64,000 bases of DNA, taken from the NCBI GenBank assembly GCA_028718745.1, contig JAQULF010000003.1, forward strand, positions 160 to 64,159, written 5' to 3'. The translations under genes and the position numbers were made by a program. Of this stretch, positions 17,201 through 25,389 are shown in pieces. This DNA comes from Patescibacteria group bacterium. Its GTDB lineage: Bacteria; Patescibacteriota; JACPGU01. Numbering within the stretch: position 1 is the stretch's first letter; each line of letters begins with the position of its first letter. The notes under the pieces are model-generated. The model saw nothing but the letters and a program-made list of their open reading frames with translations, was not told where the DNA came from and did not search any database.

Positions 17201-19231
17201 TTAGTAGGTGAATTTCTGGACATTGTTCTTTGCGGTAGAACCATCGCTAACATAAACAATGCCACCAGAAGTTATTGTGATGCCAACCGCAGCCAGAAAT
17301 TGGCCATCAGCCGATCCGAGAGATCCGATGGAATACAGAAATGTTCCAGTATTTGTAAAAACCTGAACTCGGTTGTTCCCGAAATCCATCACATATATAT
17401 GGTTTGAAGAATCAGAACCCATATATGACGGAAGACTGAAACAACCATTACCGGAACCACTGCATCCCCATTTCGCCACAAAAGCACCATCAGAGGTAAA
17501 CTTCTGTATGCGATTTCCACCGCTTTCCGATACATAGATGTTATTTTGACTATCAACAGTTATTCCCCATGGCTTGTTAAACTGGCCGTCGCCAGTTCCT
17601 TTTGAGCCCCATTTTAGTAGGAAGTTCCCATTGATGTCAAATTTTTCTATGCGGTGATTTACTGTATTGCCAACTGTGGATGTATCATCAACCACATAGA
17701 TATTGTTCAGCAAATCGAAGGCACATCCCTTCGGCTCATTAAACTGACCATCCCCCATGCCAATGCCCCCGAACCGCCGTAGAAAGACATGAGATGAGTC
17801 GAGCAAGATTACTCCTTCTTCTACAATTGCGATTGTGCCGTCCACCTTGCTGACGCAGACCGCCTCGGGAACGCTCAAATTCGTGGTTCCCAAAATTGCC
17901 GGTCCGATGTAGGCGATGTGAGCACCGTTGGCATCGGTCACATCCACGCGGTTATTGTTCTGATCAACCACATAGACATTGCCCGAATTATCAACAGCCA
18001 GACCGCGCGGATTGTTGTATTGCCCGTTTCCCGATCCGGTTGTCCCCCACTTGCTCACGAAATGCTGCTGCGGGATGGTTGTCGTGCACCCCGTAGTGTT
18101 GAAACTACACGCGGAGCACGAAAGCGTTCCGTCGGTAAATCCCCGACTAGCGCAGGTCGCGCCGTTCAGATTCGCGCCGTCACACTGCTCGGAACCATTG
18201 ATCACGCTGTCTCCACAGTAGGCGCCGATTACCGTGTGCGGTTGACAGGAAGTGTCACAGTAAAAACACTCCGTCCCGTATTCCGACACACAGGCTGTGT
18301 TTGTATTATTCGCACCGTTGTCGCAAGTTTCGAGTCCATTGATGGTGCCGTCTCCGCAATAATTGCCGGAGGCAGTGTGAATGGACTGTTCGAGATTCGC
18401 GATCAGCGTGCTATTGTTTGACAGCGTCGTCATCGCCTCGGAAATCGAGGTCGCCGTTGACAAATCCAACGATGCCGCGGTCGCGTCAGTCTGAACTTGC
18501 GCCGTCATGGCCGCAATTTGTTCATCCGTATAGGATGTTGACAGAGGTTGCGCATTCGCGATGATTTCTTGCGTCACCAGTTCGCTGAATGGGTTTATAT
18601 CGACCACATTCCGCGTGATGCGCGTGCCTCGCGATTTGATCATGGCCCGCATTTTATTCGGGCCGCCACCGACCACGAAGACAAAGATGCTGTCCGGGTC
18701 GATGTTTGTTGGGATGTCTACGGAAAAGTTCCCGTTTTCATCCGTCCTTCCGTGGGCAACCTCATTTCCCCTCTGTTCTCCTCTTTCATTAACCATGATT
18801 ATTGTAACGGTAACGCCGCTCTTCCCTCTCAAGCCGTTATTCGGTGTTGCTGCCAAGCGCCCCGAAACGCGTCCCAGCGAAACTCCTTCAGGTGCCAGGA
18901 CGAGCCCCGTAATTGTTGTTCCCTCCACGCAGTTGAGCGTGGGAATCATCCCGACGCTGTTTCGCGAAATCATGAGCAGATCATTCGAGAGAACTTTTCC
19001 GTCCGGCGCGTTGGGAGGAATAGCCACATCGGCGCGGCTTTTTTGCGCATCCGAAAGCGGCAAGACATCCAAACTGGCGCGAGCCGTCATAAGCACATCA
19101 TTGGAACGGATGTACCCATCCCCCGAAACATCCCCGCATAAAGCCGAAGCTGCCCGAGGATTAGCGGCCAGAAGAATAGCCGCAGCAATCACAGTCAGTA
19201 ACCACTTTGTCCAGATTTTCATATCCCGCAC
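17201..19231 (-). CDS. Secreted protein with dockerin-like N-terminal repeats, Cys-rich EGF-like region and NHL beta-propeller repeats
   Basis: Signal peptide; dockerin duplicated motif DVSGDGYIRSNDVLM / NAPDGKVLSNDLLMI; Cys-rich CGDGTINGLETCDNG...; NHL repeats (YVVDQNNNRVDVTD, YVSESGGNRIQKFTSDG); GC ~50%, unlike flanks. Confidence 0.6.
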   Translation of the reverse strand: MRDMKIWTKWLLTVIAAAILLAANPRAASALCGDVSGDGYIRSNDVLMTARASLDVLPLSDAQKSRADVAIPPNAPDGKVLSNDLLMISRNSVGMIPTLNCVEGTTITGLVLAPEGVSLGRVSGRLAATPNNGLRGKSGVTVTIIMVNERGEQRGNEVAHGRTDENGNFSVDIPTNIDPDSIFVFVVGGGPNKMRAMIKSRGTRITRNVVDINPFSELVTQEIIANAQPLSTSYTDEQIAAMTAQVQTDATAASLDLSTATSISEAMTTLSNNSTLIANLEQSIHTASGNYCGDGTINGLETCDNGANNTNTACVSEYGTECFYCDTSCQPHTVIGAYCGDSVINGSEQCDGANLNGATCASRGFTDGTLSCSACSFNTTGCTTTIPQQHFVSKWGTTGSGNGQYNNPRGLAVDNSGNVYVVDQNNNRVDVTDANGAHIAYIGPAILGTTNLSVPEAVCVSKVDGTIAIVEEGVILLDSSHVFLRRFGGIGMGDGQFNEPKGCAFDLLNNIYVVDDTSTVGNTVNHRIEKFDINGNFLLKWGSKGTGDGQFNKPWGITVDSQNNIYVSESGGNRIQKFTSDGAFVAKWGCSGSGNGCFSLPSYMGSDSSNHIYVMDFGNNRVQVFTNTGTFLYSIGSLGSADGQFLAAVGITITSGGIVYVSDGSTAKNNVQKFTY

Positions 19232-19411
19232 CTCTTTCTGTTTTTCGATTTTTGTTTATTTCAACCAAAGCCATTGGCTTGGTTTAACAATATGTGAGTT
19301 GTTAATGTGCCAAATCATACCCATTCGTGGTATCCGGATGATAATTATATTATTTGGGTCGTAATTAAAAAATAGCACTATTAAGCTAAAAAGTCAAGGG
19401 TTTTTGGGATA

Positions 19412-20557
19412 TTACCTATCGCTAAGTTCGTTAAGAGCTTCCAAAGTTTCCTTCGCGCACTTTTCCCACGAAAACTCCTCCGCTAGTTCATAGCCACGCC
19501 GCACCATTCCCTCTCGTTTTCTTTTATCTTTGAGAACTTTGGTAATTGCCAGACATATTTCATCTGTTTTATTTGGATTAACAAGTACGGCTGCATCTTT
19601 AAATAGTTCCTGAAAAACCGGAATATCAGAAGCCACCACCGGCAAGCCCGCTAAAAAAGCTTCTACTACCGGAATTCCAAAACCTTCATAGCTGGAAATA
19701 AAAGTGAAAAGCTTGGCATTATGCAGTAAATAATCTTTTTCTTCTTCCTTCACATATCCGGTAAAAACCACCCTTCCCTGCAAATTATATTTGGCAATTA
19801 ATTCATCTACCAATTCATAATCCTTATTTTTACTGCCAGCCAAAACTAACTGTAAATCGGCTCCAGTTGATAAAACCTCATAAAAAGCTTTGATTAGATT
19901 GGCGATATTTTTCTTTTTTTCAACCCGGCCGATAAATAAAAGAAAAGGTTTGGTAATTTTAAATTTCTCCGCAATCACTTCCCATTTGACATCCTGATAA
20001 TTTTCCTTTTTATTAATCGGAGCGTCGTAGCCCAAATAAATCACTTTAATCTTATCTTCGCGCGCTCCATAAAATTTTATCAGATCATCTTTAGTGGTTT
20101 GCGATATGGTAATTATCTTGTCGGCAATCATCAGCGAATAGCGGGTCGAGAAATCCAGATAATATCGATCAAAAGCCGAATAGCTTTCCGGAAAATACTT
20201 GAAGGCCAAATCGTGAATAGTAGCCACCTTTTTCCCCGGAAATGGAAGCAGCGGCAAAACATGGGCCGGAATAAACATTAGATCCAACCGATCTTTCCAT
20301 AATTGAGCCGGCAAGCGAATCTGCGACCATAATCTGGGGAAAGGAATCTCTTTCAAACGAAAATTAGCCGGTAATTCCAAAAGCTCCAAGTCATTAGCTT
20401 TGGGCGTGTATAAAACATAAGCGTTATGCCCGGGATCATTTGGCCCATCTATTTTTTTTAGCCAATGAATCAGTTTGGAAGAATAGATTTCTATTCCCGT
20501 TTTATTTTTCAAATTTTGCCTGACATCGATGCCGATTAACATTTTTTTATTATACAA
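19412..20557 (-). CDS. Glycosyltransferase family 4 (GT-B, RfaB-like)
   Basis: C-terminal EGFGIPVVEAFLAGLPVV (E-x7-E region) and FIGRVEKKKNI typical of GT4. Confidence 0.8.
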   Translation of the reverse strand: MYNKKMLIGIDVRQNLKNKTGIEIYSSKLIHWLKKIDGPNDPGHNAYVLYTPKANDLELLELPANFRLKEIPFPRLWSQIRLPAQLWKDRLDLMFIPAHVLPLLPFPGKKVATIHDLAFKYFPESYSAFDRYYLDFSTRYSLMIADKIITISQTTKDDLIKFYGAREDKIKVIYLGYDAPINKKENYQDVKWEVIAEKFKITKPFLLFIGRVEKKKNIANLIKAFYEVLSTGADLQLVLAGSKNKDYELVDELIAKYNLQGRVVFTGYVKEEEKDYLLHNAKLFTFISSYEGFGIPVVEAFLAGLPVVASDIPVFQELFKDAAVLVNPNKTDEICLAITKVLKDKRKREGMVRRGYELAEEFSWEKCAKETLEALNELSDR

Positions 20558-20601
20558 TAAAAAAATAAAATTCTAAATCCCAATTTCTAAATTCTAAATA
20601 A

Positions 20602-20657
20602 TGTCAAATTTCAAATCTTTGATTCTATATTTTTTGAATTTTGTATTTGAGATTTGT
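20602..20657. promoter_or_regulatory. Inverted plus direct copies of the PBP1A-upstream motif in the GT4/PEGA divergent intergenic region
   Basis: tgtcaaatttcaaatc (20602-20617) is the reverse complement of the 10091 motif; tttgaattttgtatttgagattt (20633-20657) is a near-direct copy of tttgaaatttgacatttgagattt. Confidence 0.35.
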
Positions 20658-20678
20658 TTAGGATCTAGTGCTTAGAAT

Positions 20679-22082
20679 TTGGAATTTACTTATTTTTATG
20701 ATAAAATAAGTTTTATGAGCAAAAAGAGGAAGTTATTCCTAAAATTTTTATATTACTTTTTTATTTCCCTAGTTTTATTAGCCTTAGCCGCCGTATGCTT
20801 GGGTATTATTTTTTATGCCTCGGGATACCAATTCAACTGGAAAGCCAGGAAGATAGAAAAAACCGGTATGTTGATGATCAATTCCCAAGAAGATAGTCTG
20901 AAAATTTTTATTGATAAAAAACAAGTCGAGGCTGTTCAAAGCCGATCGGTTGTAGTTCTTTCTTCCAGTTACACTTTGACTATCCTTCCGGGAGAATATG
21001 ATTTGGAAATTCAAAAAGACGGTCGCATACCTTATGATGAACGAATTAAAATAGAACCCGAACTGGTAACTAAAATCAGTGATGTCCTGCTGCTGCCGGA
21101 CAAAATCTCTGACGAAAATATCTTAACTCGTGAAATGACTAGTTATTCTTTTTCTCCGGATAATAAAAAAATTGTTTATCAAACTCCGGATAATAAAGTT
21201 TTGACCTACAACATTAATACAGCCGGAGAAAAAATGCTGGATGAGAAAACTATTCCGGAAAAAATTGCCTCCTATACTTGGGAGGTGAATAGTGGTAGAG
21301 TGGCTTTGAAAATTAATAAAAAAGAAGGAAATTATTATTATATTTTGGATCCGGAAAACCTGCAAAATTCTTTCTTTTTACAGGATAAAGTGTCTTCTTC
21401 GCTTTTTTTTGATAGTATCTATTTTTCTAATTTTAATCCTGATGAATTTTTTGGAATTAATAAAAACACTCTTTATAAAATTAATACCCATTCATCACAG
21501 ACGGAAAAAATAGCTGATGATATCAGTCATTTTATCCAAAAGAAAAGTTTCTTCTATTTTTTGGATAAAGATGCTTCACTAATTCAGTATGATCCGAGAA
21601 GTTATAGAGCCACTATCATTTTGGAAAAGTTTGAACTGTCCGATGATTTTGACCTTGTAGAATTAAATAATGCGGGCGATATTTTTATCAAAAACAAAGG
21701 CACCCTCTATAAGATTAATGACAAAAATGACCTGGCGCTAATAGATAAAGCCGTAGAAGATCTAGTCGCCGCGGAGAGTCAAAACCAATTTTTATATACC
21801 AGAGAGTTTGAAATTTGGATTTATGATAGCAACACCAAACAGAGCAAAATGGTCACCCGTTTCAGTAAAAAAATTGAAAATTTGCAAGAATTTTTTAACA
21901 GCCGCTACCTTATCTATCAGCAAGGCAAAGATATCGAGGCGATAAAAAAGGACGGCAAAAATAATCAGACCGTTCATAATGATGTGGAAAATGTTAGAGT
22001 CTTTGACAAGAATAAAATTATCGTGGTAGAGCAGAAAGACAATCAAAAGGTTTTTAAGATTATTGACCTAACAGTGAAGTAG
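20679..22082 (+). CDS. Membrane-anchored PEGA-domain protein with C-terminal beta-rich domain
   Basis: N-terminal TM (FLYYFFISLVLLALAAVCLGIIF); PEGA-like segment (KIFIDKKQVEAV...YTLTILPGEYDLEIQKDGRIPYDERIKIEP). Confidence 0.4.
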   Translation: MEFTYFYDKISFMSKKRKLFLKFLYYFFISLVLLALAAVCLGIIFYASGYQFNWKARKIEKTGMLMINSQEDSLKIFIDKKQVEAVQSRSVVVLSSSYTLTILPGEYDLEIQKDGRIPYDERIKIEPELVTKISDVLLLPDKISDENILTREMTSYSFSPDNKKIVYQTPDNKVLTYNINTAGEKMLDEKTIPEKIASYTWEVNSGRVALKINKKEGNYYYILDPENLQNSFFLQDKVSSSLFFDSIYFSNFNPDEFFGINKNTLYKINTHSSQTEKIADDISHFIQKKSFFYFLDKDASLIQYDPRSYRATIILEKFELSDDFDLVELNNAGDIFIKNKGTLYKINDKNDLALIDKAVEDLVAAESQNQFLYTREFEIWIYDSNTKQSKMVTRFSKKIENLQEFFNSRYLIYQQGKDIEAIKKDGKNNQTVHNDVENVRVFDKNKIIVVEQKDNQKVFKIIDLTVK

Positions 22083-22797
22083 CAACTTTCTTTCTCAATT
22101 TATTATTTTTGGGATCAGGATCTACTTGAGAAGCTCGAACTACTAGCCGCTTATAATTGGTTCCCACCGGCGTACAGGTCATCAAAGATAAAATTGATTC
22201 ATTATCGTTTTGATTCAAAACGCTCAACTCTTTGGGTGAAACTACCTTCATATCAAAGACTTTGTATGTATATCGATTACCTCCATAATTTACATAAATA
22301 ATATCCCCTACAACTAATTTATCCAAAATACTGAAAATCGTATTAAATTTTCCATTGCTCCACCAATAATAAGATGAGTGTCCGGTAATAAAAACATTGC
22401 CCTCTTCTCCGGGAAAAGCTGTATCAAAATAATGCACTACGCCCTCTAAAAGCAATTTGTCAACCTCGGATTGAGCGCGAGTTTTGGCAAAAACTATAGG
22501 GGCTTGTACGCCGATTTTGGGTATCATCAGCGTATTATCAGGTCCGATATCTACTCCTATCTCGGGAAATTGGACTCCCCACCATTTGCCGGAGTGGTCA
22601 TCAACATAATTAACATACCACCACCATTTTACATTGTTCCAAGCCGCCGGACCATTGATAACAGCGTAGACTGCAGTAAATACAAGAATAGCGACTATAA
22701 TAAATTTCAGACTCTCAAAAACCATTCCTCCAAAAACCGCCAGTTCGCGCTTTAGCCAACGAGGAATGATGCTTTTTTTGTTTTCGTTTTGAAACAT
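22060..22797 (-). CDS. Sortase (class A/E-like transpeptidase)
   Basis: N-terminal TM, catalytic His in FITGHSS, catalytic Cys in LMTCTP (TLxTC-like), conserved Arg downstream (RLVVRA). Confidence 0.6.
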   Translation of the reverse strand: MFQNENKKSIIPRWLKRELAVFGGMVFESLKFIIVAILVFTAVYAVINGPAAWNNVKWWWYVNYVDDHSGKWWGVQFPEIGVDIGPDNTLMIPKIGVQAPIVFAKTRAQSEVDKLLLEGVVHYFDTAFPGEEGNVFITGHSSYYWWSNGKFNTIFSILDKLVVGDIIYVNYGGNRYTYKVFDMKVVSPKELSVLNQNDNESILSLMTCTPVGTNYKRLVVRASQVDPDPKNNKLRKKVATSLLGQ

Positions 22798-22839
22798 AAA
22801 AAAATTTAAAAAGTAATGAATTTCGTCAATAGACCATGA

Positions 22840-23202
22840 TTAGCGTCGTAATAGTATCATTATACCAATAACTACTATGGCTATAGCTAGAAATACAATA
22901 GCTAAAATCCAACCTGTTTTAATTTCTTTAGCACTTTTATCCTTTCTGTAAGAAGGTACCAATAAACAAACTAGACCGGCTATAAACCATAAAAAAGAGA
23001 GTGGGAGTAATATAACTGAACCCTGTGCATGATATGTTGTTGGTGCTTTTGACCCAATCAAGACTACTCCTATTAATTCAATTATAACCGCTATTAACAT
23101 AGTCAATCTAATATCCATGTCTTTCAGGCGCACATATCTTTTCTCTCTTCTCTTTTCTACAGACCCGTTAGTATTATTTACTGGCAATTCTGGTTCTATC
23201 AT
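22840..23202 (-). CDS. Small polytopic membrane protein, hypothetical
   Basis: Three predicted TM helices; no recognisable motif. Confidence 0.3.
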   Translation of the reverse strand: MIEPELPVNNTNGSVEKRREKRYVRLKDMDIRLTMLIAVIIELIGVVLIGSKAPTTYHAQGSVILLPLSFLWFIAGLVCLLVPSYRKDKSAKEIKTGWILAIVFLAIAIVVIGIMILLRR

Positions 23203-23251
23203 AGTTTTTATTTTAATTGTATTTTATTTTATTGGTATAACAACATATTAA

Positions 23252-23314
23252 TGCCGTCGGTGGGAGTTGAACCCACATGGTATTGCTACCACACGATTTT
23301 GAGTCGTGCGCGTC
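23252..23314 (-). repeat. Diverged duplicate of the 3' ~63 nt of tRNA-Leu (anticodon stem-loop, variable arm, T-arm, acceptor 3' strand), lacking acceptor 5' strand and D-arm
   Basis: 46 nt (23269-23314) identical to 23343-23388 of the intact tRNA; T-loop (TTCAACT vs TTCGACC) and acceptor 3' strand (CGACGGC vs TTCGGCC) differ; no complementary 5' acceptor strand upstream. Confidence 0.6.
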
Positions 23315-23326
23315 CTGTATAAGAAA

Positions 23327-23410
23327 TGGCCGAAGTGGGGGTCGAACCCACATGGTATTGCTACCACACGATTTTGAGTCGTGCGCGTCTGCCAGTTCCG
23401 CCATTCGGCC
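23327..23410 (-). tRNA. tRNA-Leu (anticodon CAA), class II with long variable arm
   Basis: Minus strand GGCCGAA-TG-GCG-GAACTGGCAGA-CGC-G-CACGA-CTCAAAA-TCGTG-TGGTAGCAATACCAT-GTGGG-TTCGACC-CCCAC-TTCGGCC-A; 7-bp acceptor, 3-bp D-stem, U33, anticodon CAA, 15-nt variable arm; CCA not encoded. Confidence 0.75.
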
Positions 23411-23648
23411 ATTTTCTATACAGGATAAATCTGCCAGCCTGCCCGTCCGAAACTCGCACTGGCAATAACAGAATGTAATTCGTTTTGCCAGTAAGAGTGT
23501 AGGCGGGTTCCGCTATCTCGGCCGAAAACTAATTCAAAAACTATTATACTATAAAGTAAATCTTTTTCCAATAAAATATCCTTCTTTCCCTCTTGCCCTC
23601 TACTCTTTTCTAATATAAGATAAGATTATATCAAACAAAAACAAACTT

Positions 23649-25277
23649 ATGTTTTCTTTATTTGCAAAAAAAGCAATACCGGTTAAAGAAAGAATCACCA
23701 AAAAACCGCATCCGGTTGTTCTAATTATTTTGGACGGTTATGGTATCTCTCCTATTCGCGAAGGAAATGCAGTCTGGAATGCCAATACACCCAATCTGGA
23801 TTCTTACGAAAAAAAATACCCAAAAGCGCTTTTGCATACGGCTGGAAATGAAGTTGGCCTTCCTTATGGTGAATTTGGCAATAGCGAAGTTGGACATTTA
23901 AATATTGGTTCGGGTCGAGTAGTTTATCAGCCATTGCTGCGAGTTTCCAATGAAATTGAAGCTGGAAATTTATATAACAACGAGGCGATGGACGGCATCA
24001 AAAAACATCTTAAAAAAACCGGGGGTGCATTGCATCTGATGGGACTTCTCTCCCCCGGCGGCGTTCATTCTCATATTGAACATCTTTTTGCAATTCTTGA
24101 TTGGTGCAAAGATAACAAAATCAAGAAAATATTTATTCATGTTTTTACCGACGGAAGGGATGCCCCGCAAAAATCCGGCGCGGAATACATAGAAGATTTA
24201 ATTAAAAAAATTGAAGAGCTAAATATCAATGCTCAAATAGCCTCTCTCTCCGGACGATATTTTGCTATGGATAGAGATCGCCACTGGGATAGATTAAAAA
24301 AGGCTTATCAGGCCTGGATTGGAACGGGGAAAAATAGAAACGATAATCCTTCCGATGCAATCACTGAAAGCTACAAAGAGAAAAAAACGGATGAATTTCT
24401 AGATCCCGTTGTTATAACCGATAAAGATGGCAAACCACTGGGGCCAATATCTGGCGGGAATGCTTTATTAATGTTCAACCTTCGTCCGGACAGATCTCGC
24501 CAAACCTTAATGTCTTTTGTAAGCAACTCATTTGGCAGTTTCAAAACTAAAAAAATTGACGATCTTTTTGTGGCAACCTTGACCGAATATGATCCAAAGC
24601 TAAAAGCAAAAGTGGTATTCCCGGAAAAAGATATTAAAAATCCCTTGGGCGAGATATTATCAAAAAAAGGTCTGAAACAATTTCATATTGCCGAAACAGA
24701 AAAATACGCGCATGTCACTTATTTCTTTAACGGCGGCCGAGAAAAACCTTTCAAGGGAGAAACCAGAGTTATAGTCCCTTCGCCTTCTGTTCCAACTTAT
24801 GATAAAAAACCGGAAATGAGCTGTGAAAAAATTGCTATCAGAGTTTTGGAAGAATTGGAAAAAGGAAAAGAAGATTTTTTCGTAATTAATTTTGCCAATG
24901 CCGATATGGTCGGACATACCGGAAATTATAAAGCGATTCTAAAAGCCGTGGAAGCGGTTGATCAATGTGTTGGAAAAATAGTCGAAAAAACTTTGATCCT
25001 TGGCGGAGCAGCAATAATCACAGCCGATCATGGCAATGCCGAAGAAACTATTAATTCTCAATCGAGCGAAAAAGACACGGAACATAATATCTATCCGGCT
25101 CCTTTTATTGTCATCAGCCACGATTTGGAAAATAAAAAAGAAACCTTGAACTTCAAAGAAGCTATTTCCGAACCGATTGGTTCGCTAGCTGACATAGCAC
25201 CAACTATTTTGGATTTAATGGGAATAGAACAACCTACGGATATGACGGGGATAAGTTTGTTGAACAGCTTGAAATAA
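23649..25277 (+). CDS. gpmI: 2,3-bisphosphoglycerate-independent phosphoglycerate mutase
   Basis: HPVVLIILDGYG, GNSEVGHLNIGSGR, LSPGGVHSH, FTDGRD - canonical iPGM motifs. Confidence 0.9.
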   Translation: MFSLFAKKAIPVKERITKKPHPVVLIILDGYGISPIREGNAVWNANTPNLDSYEKKYPKALLHTAGNEVGLPYGEFGNSEVGHLNIGSGRVVYQPLLRVSNEIEAGNLYNNEAMDGIKKHLKKTGGALHLMGLLSPGGVHSHIEHLFAILDWCKDNKIKKIFIHVFTDGRDAPQKSGAEYIEDLIKKIEELNINAQIASLSGRYFAMDRDRHWDRLKKAYQAWIGTGKNRNDNPSDAITESYKEKKTDEFLDPVVITDKDGKPLGPISGGNALLMFNLRPDRSRQTLMSFVSNSFGSFKTKKIDDLFVATLTEYDPKLKAKVVFPEKDIKNPLGEILSKKGLKQFHIAETEKYAHVTYFFNGGREKPFKGETRVIVPSPSVPTYDKKPEMSCEKIAIRVLEELEKGKEDFFVINFANADMVGHTGNYKAILKAVEAVDQCVGKIVEKTLILGGAAIITADHGNAEETINSQSSEKDTEHNIYPAPFIVISHDLENKKETLNFKEAISEPIGSLADIAPTILDLMGIEQPTDMTGISLLNSLK

Positions 25278-25389
25278 AAGATAAAATATAAAAAATAAAA
25301 AACAAGAATTAAAAACTTAAAAATAGATTTATTTTTGCATATTTAAGTATTTGTTTTTTATCTTTTATTTTTAATTTTTTATATTTCTA

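Noticed and set aside
17896-19364. Plus-strand ORFs (66-267 aa) inside the 17201..19231 minus-strand gene
   Set aside because: Antisense ORFs generated by the high GC of the NHL/dockerin gene; the minus-strand product has signal peptide, dockerin and NHL motifs, while the antisense products have none.
23252-23326. Second complete tRNA-Leu gene adjacent to the first
   Set aside because: Only anticodon arm, variable arm, T-arm and acceptor 3' strand are present; no complementary 5' acceptor strand or D-arm upstream (sequence there is ccatttcttatacagga), so it is a 3' fragment, not a full gene.
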